Origin: a virus
Taxonomy: Duplodnaviria; Caudoviricetes
IMG/VR virus record: IMGVR_UViG_3300044740_000006
Span: 1-37,141 of that record
DNA length: 37,141 nucleotides
Strand: one strand, 5' to 3'
Position 1 is the stretch's first letter; each line of letters begins with the position of its first letter. A program made the translations under genes and the position numbers. The notes beneath the pieces were generated by a model. It made no database searches. It saw only the letters and a program-made list of their open reading frames with translations, and was not told where the DNA came from. Positions 33,449 to 37,141 of the stretch are shown here, one piece after another.

Positions 33449-34779
33449 AGGTCATACTCCATCGAGGTTGCGAATCCCATTTTATGGAGTTCCGGTAAAC
33501 ATTCTTCCAAATTGTCGCCAATGTCGTTGCGAACCATCATGTTCGAGACATTTACCTTCTTGATCACTTTATCTACCGCTTCCTTGGCCTGTTTGACGGT
33601 TTCACCCATACCCGTAGCGACAAGTACATAGTTGCCGGATGTGGTGAAAATATCGGCTTCTACGACTTTTCCATCTTTCATGGAAGGTCCTTTCTCGATC
33701 TGCATGCAGACAGGGTGTATACGATCCCATCTATTCGGTATCTCAATGGGCAAGTCCATGCATTCGGCTTCGTCGCAATCATCACGCGGAAATGGTGGAA
33801 TCGCCACGACTTCACCGATACCAACGTCATAAGAAACCTTTAGGGTGTCATGACCTTCTAAGAGGTCACGCATCCATTCCACGGGATCGCCCTTATGCAG
33901 GTCAGAGGCAATCCAGTCGTAAGGCCATCCTGGCCGGCATGTGAATTCAAGGGGGTAGATCTTTCCACTTCCTTTTTCAATGATGCAATTGAGGTCGATA
34001 TCGCCAATATGACCGATCTCGATCAAGTGTTTGACGAGTTCAGGCGTGAACAATTCATCGGCCATCTTTTCATCGCGGCAATACTGGATGACCGTACCCA
34101 TCTCTCCGGTGTTGGGTCCGTAATTTCCTGGCATGAGCTTTTTGTGCTCGAAATTGATGTTCCACTTATTCGGCAACGGACCTTCCGGACCAAACCAACA
34201 AGAAACACCCATTTCGTATCCATCGATTTTCTCCTGCAGCATTACCTGACCTTTAGGATTCAAACCGAGCTTCATCCATCTTTGGATGCGGCCAACCAAA
34301 TCAGCTGGCGTTTTAGCCACATATGAAAGGCTCTTGTCCTCGTTATCGCCCATGGTCTTGAATACATAGGCTTGATCAGATTTACGCGCAAAATTCTCAG
34401 CCTCTTTAAGAGAATTGAAGGTGTGATAAGCTGGCACTAGAAGTCCCATCTTTTCAAGCAATCGCATGCCTTTTGCGCGCTTGATCTCTAGATCTGCGGC
34501 GGCTTGTGAAGGCGCGAAGATGGGATATCCATGCTTTTTCCACTCGTCCATATCCTTGATGAACATCGCGTTGGACGATAGCCAGATGAGTCCATCCTTG
34601 GCCCATTTCATAGAAGGTTTCCAATCGTCGATATGCTGGATACCTGGAAATCCTTTGCCATCCTTGAAGCTATTTCCCTCTTTATCCCGGTTATACCAAC
34701 GCACGTCATGGCCCGCCTCGACACAGCGCCAAGCGAAATCCAGGCCGCAACGGTCTGTATCGATCAGGAGAACGCGCAT
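33445..34779 (-). CDS. PurD (phosphoribosylamine-glycine ligase)-like ATP-grasp enzyme
   Basis: PIFAPSQAAADLEIKR, YVFK, LQEKIDGYEMGV, EHKKLMPGNYGPNTGEMG, LEFTCRPG, TSGNYVL.ATG.GETV..A; full-length 444 aa, divergent N-terminal substrate domain. Confidence 0.85.
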   Translation of the reverse strand: MRVLLIDTDRCGLDFAWRCVEAGHDVRWYNRDKEGNSFKDGKGFPGIQHIDDWKPSMKWAKDGLIWLSSNAMFIKDMDEWKKHGYPIFAPSQAAADLEIKRAKGMRLLEKMGLLVPAYHTFNSLKEAENFARKSDQAYVFKTMGDNEDKSLSYVAKTPADLVGRIQRWMKLGLNPKGQVMLQEKIDGYEMGVSCWFGPEGPLPNKWNINFEHKKLMPGNYGPNTGEMGTVIQYCRDEKMADELFTPELVKHLIEIGHIGDIDLNCIIEKGSGKIYPLEFTCRPGWPYDWIASDLHKGDPVEWMRDLLEGHDTLKVSYDVGIGEVVAIPPFPRDDCDEAECMDLPIEIPNRWDRIHPVCMQIEKGPSMKDGKVVEADIFTTSGNYVLVATGMGETVKQAKEAVDKVIKKVNVSNMMVRNDIGDNLEECLPELHKMGFATSMEYDL

Positions 34780-34952
34780 TAGTGTTTCTTCGACTTTTTG
34801 ACGTGAAGCGGTAGTTTCTTGATTTTCCGGCCCGCGTCAGCCTTCACATACTCTTTGGCGACCTTTTGAGGGACGCCTAGACGTTGACCTAGCTTCTTGT
34901 CATGCGCCACCGCATGCATCATGCGGTTCTGGGCTTTCGATTTGGATGGCAT
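34779..34952 (-). CDS. small basic protein, 57 aa (MPSKSKAQNRMMHAVAHDKKLGQRLGVPQKVAKEYVKAD...)
   Basis: Translated by hand; GGAG RBS; TAATG-coupled to ATP-grasp gene. Confidence 0.75.
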   Translation of the reverse strand: MPSKSKAQNRMMHAVAHDKKLGQRLGVPQKVAKEYVKADAGRKIKKLPLHVKKSKKH

Positions 34953-35072
34953 ATACTGGTCTCCATGCTGGAACGGTGCATTGCTTACATCATCGTCTTA
35001 CTGGTGCTTCATGGCATCCAGGCACTGCACATCTATGCATGGACCCATATGCGCGAATCCTTTCTGAAACGC

Positions 35073-36767
35073 TTACTGCTGCTGGACCTGCGGCGCTGGT
35101 TGTGGCATTGGCTGCGGAGCAAATGCACGACCCACCAGAGCATTCGCCGGATTCCCTAGACGCTGCTGAGCTAAGTTAGCCAGATAGTTCGATACTGGGT
35201 TAGGACGGGGGGCTAGTGCTCTTTCCATCAAAAATCGGCTAGGGGCGCTATAGGCGGCATGCGCCGCCAAGCCAGGTACAAGCATGGCGGCAGTATCTAG
35301 CAGGCGCAGACGTTCCGCAGTCCCACTATCCGGAACCTTCTGTGGCAAGACATTCTTGCCAGCATCGGCCCAATCCTGAAGTAGGGCATTACCCTGACTG
35401 AAACCGCGCTTTTTGTAGCTGGAATCCTCCGCGCGAACGGCCGAACGGAGCTGTGCGGCAGTGAATTTCCCTTCATCCGCACCCACACGCGACGCTGCAT
35501 TCTCCACGCGAAGCATGCGAGCATGTGCAGCATCGGCATTCGCCAATTCCTCGCCCATTTCCTTTGGATTGCTACGCTTCAGCATGTCCTTGACATCGTT
35601 CTGGATGGACTGAAATGCCTTACCAAGTTGGCGATAAGCCGGATCAATCGATTGCTGTGCAGAACGAACCTCATTGCCAAGATTAGAGATCACTTCCTTT
35701 ACTTCCTTGCCACCGACCCATTGGCCTTTCCCAAGCTTCTGCAGAACATCCTCATCAACCGTCTGCATCAACTTGCGGGCCAGATTGTCCGGCAACGTAT
35801 TGACGTGACTGGTCAATGTGCCGGCGATCTTGTTGGTCAATGTGCTATCCACACGGCCTTTCATTTGACCTAGCACCTTGTCATAGGCCGAAGTAATCGC
35901 CTTACGTCCCTGCTCGATGGCGTCATAGCCTGCCTCGACACCTTTGCCGAGCTTGGCCCCAATCGGTTGCAGGGCTTTCTCCACACTGGCTAGGTTGAAA
36001 TCCTCGATCGCACGACGCTGGGCATTGCGGATGGCTGAACCCACCACCGGAAGGCTCATAGCAGCGTCTTCAGCACGTCGCGCCATACCACCAAGCATCT
36101 GACCAGGGGTGAGGCGTACTCCGGCCTCCAGGAGAGTTCTAGCTTCAGGAGAAGCCAGACCACGCATGACATTCGAGGTGGCAGCGCCAGCGCCCGGAAT
36201 GGCCGCTCCGAGTCCAGCGCCTACCAGCGTATTAGTGATGTGCTCACCCTGCGAAGCATAAGGTGAGGCATAGCCCTGAGCGCCACCAGAAAGACCGCCA
36301 GCGATGAGTCGTGGAAGAAGAGCCGTGCCTACCGTGCCAGCCGCGCCTGTCGCCTCCGGTGCAAGCAATGCGGCAGGTACAGCCTCTCCCACATAACCCA
36401 GAACATTACCGGTTATCCCGGCCTTGGTGCGCATCAAGGCTTGATCTTGCTCACGCGCCTTCGCTACATCTTCCTTCGATACCTTGCCGAGAATTTGGCC
36501 CAAGCCTCGGCCAGTGTCATAGACGGCTTTGCCCGCACCAGCGGCCAAACGCTCGCCCATCGACATGCCGGCGACTATTTCATCCTGTTTCTTCTGGTAG
36601 GCCGCCTCGAATTCCGGCGTCCCAGGTGCAAAACGCTTCTTGGCCAGCCAGGAATCGGGAACTTTGAAGCCTTTGGCCACCAATTTCTGCGCAAGCTGTT
36701 CCCGCGTCGTCCCGTCAGGGACGCCCTTGATGACCGTACCATCCGGAAGGGTGACGTCCATGCTCAT
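35073..36767 (-). CDS. Large DNA ejection protein, P22 gp16-like position
   Basis: DVTLPDGTVIKGVPDG N-terminus, Gly/Ala-rich membrane-like segment, LTPGQ, PDSGTAER; third ejection gene by synteny. Confidence 0.72.
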   Translation of the reverse strand: MSMDVTLPDGTVIKGVPDGTTREQLAQKLVAKGFKVPDSWLAKKRFAPGTPEFEAAYQKKQDEIVAGMSMGERLAAGAGKAVYDTGRGLGQILGKVSKEDVAKAREQDQALMRTKAGITGNVLGYVGEAVPAALLAPEATGAAGTVGTALLPRLIAGGLSGGAQGYASPYASQGEHITNTLVGAGLGAAIPGAGAATSNVMRGLASPEARTLLEAGVRLTPGQMLGGMARRAEDAAMSLPVVGSAIRNAQRRAIEDFNLASVEKALQPIGAKLGKGVEAGYDAIEQGRKAITSAYDKVLGQMKGRVDSTLTNKIAGTLTSHVNTLPDNLARKLMQTVDEDVLQKLGKGQWVGGKEVKEVISNLGNEVRSAQQSIDPAYRQLGKAFQSIQNDVKDMLKRSNPKEMGEELANADAAHARMLRVENAASRVGADEGKFTAAQLRSAVRAEDSSYKKRGFSQGNALLQDWADAGKNVLPQKVPDSGTAERLRLLDTAAMLVPGLAAHAAYSAPSRFLMERALAPRPNPVSNYLANLAQQRLGNPANALVGRAFAPQPMPQPAPQVQQQ

Positions 36768-37141
36768 TGCAGGTCATCCCAATGTACAGTTTTGGCTTGC
36801 GAAGTACCCGAATCAGGTTTCTTGCCTGTATCCCGAATACGACCTTCCGTTTCTTCGGCCTGCTCTCGGAAGGATTGAACACGATTAGCCATTTCCTTTT
36901 TTAGGATGTCCACGTTAGAACGGTATTGTTCTGGCGTCATAGAGGTATCCAGAAGCTCGTGCGCGCGCTGTCGAGCCGAATCCGTCGCCGCCGCACCCCC
37001 CGTAGATCCCGTCATGACCTTGGCATATTCCTCCACAAAGGAATTATTGGCCGCATCGAAGTTAGCCGCCTCTACCGAGCCAGTGCCACGACGACCTGCC
37101 TGAAGCCATTTATTGAAGACCGGAACCCCAGTTCGATCCAT
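36764..37141 (-). CDS. C-terminal part of ejection protein (probably continues 1..907)
   Basis: Open to window end; ATGA-coupled to next gene; EYAKVMTGSTGG.A.TDS. Confidence 0.65.
   Translation of the reverse strand: MDRTGVPVFNKWLQAGRRGTGSVEAANFDAANNSFVEEYAKVMTGSTGGAAATDSARQRAHELLDTSMTPEQYRSNVDILKKEMANRVQSFREQAEETEGRIRDTGKKPDSGTSQAKTVHWDDLQ

Noticed and set aside
33445-34779. Assigning the symbol purD as an auxiliary metabolic gene
   Set aside because: Substrate-binding motifs diverge and the context is structural; left as PurD-like

Overview
Near-complete, circularly permuted genome of a P22-like (short-tailed, dsDNA) bacteriophage with two arms. The minus-strand arm runs from a Cro-like gene (19345) through replication (MTase-like protein, initiator, DnaB, RusA), packaging and head genes (TerS, TerL, portal, scaffold, coat), neck genes (gp4- and gp10-like) and ejection proteins. 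It wraps across the window ends into tail and lysis genes and stops at a bidirectional terminator at ~27385. The plus-strand early arm (19484-27372) holds small accessory genes plus ERF, NinB and HNH genes. I see no integrase, CI repressor, N/Q antiterminator, gp26 needle or Rz/Rz1 spanins. Most notable features: (1) a C4/P4-CI-like structured RNA with complementary targets over the RBS of the replication operon; (2) a late promoter followed by a terminator/antiterminator RNA switch; (3) two different GroES genes flanking the head module, one with T4 gp31-like traits; (4) a PurD-like ATP-grasp ligase and an Asp/Asn beta-hydroxylase-like oxygenase bracketing the ejection genes; (5) two signal-peptide proteins where spanins are expected; (6) repeat-delimited early gene cassettes. 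All family calls come from motifs and synteny recognised by eye; no searches were run.
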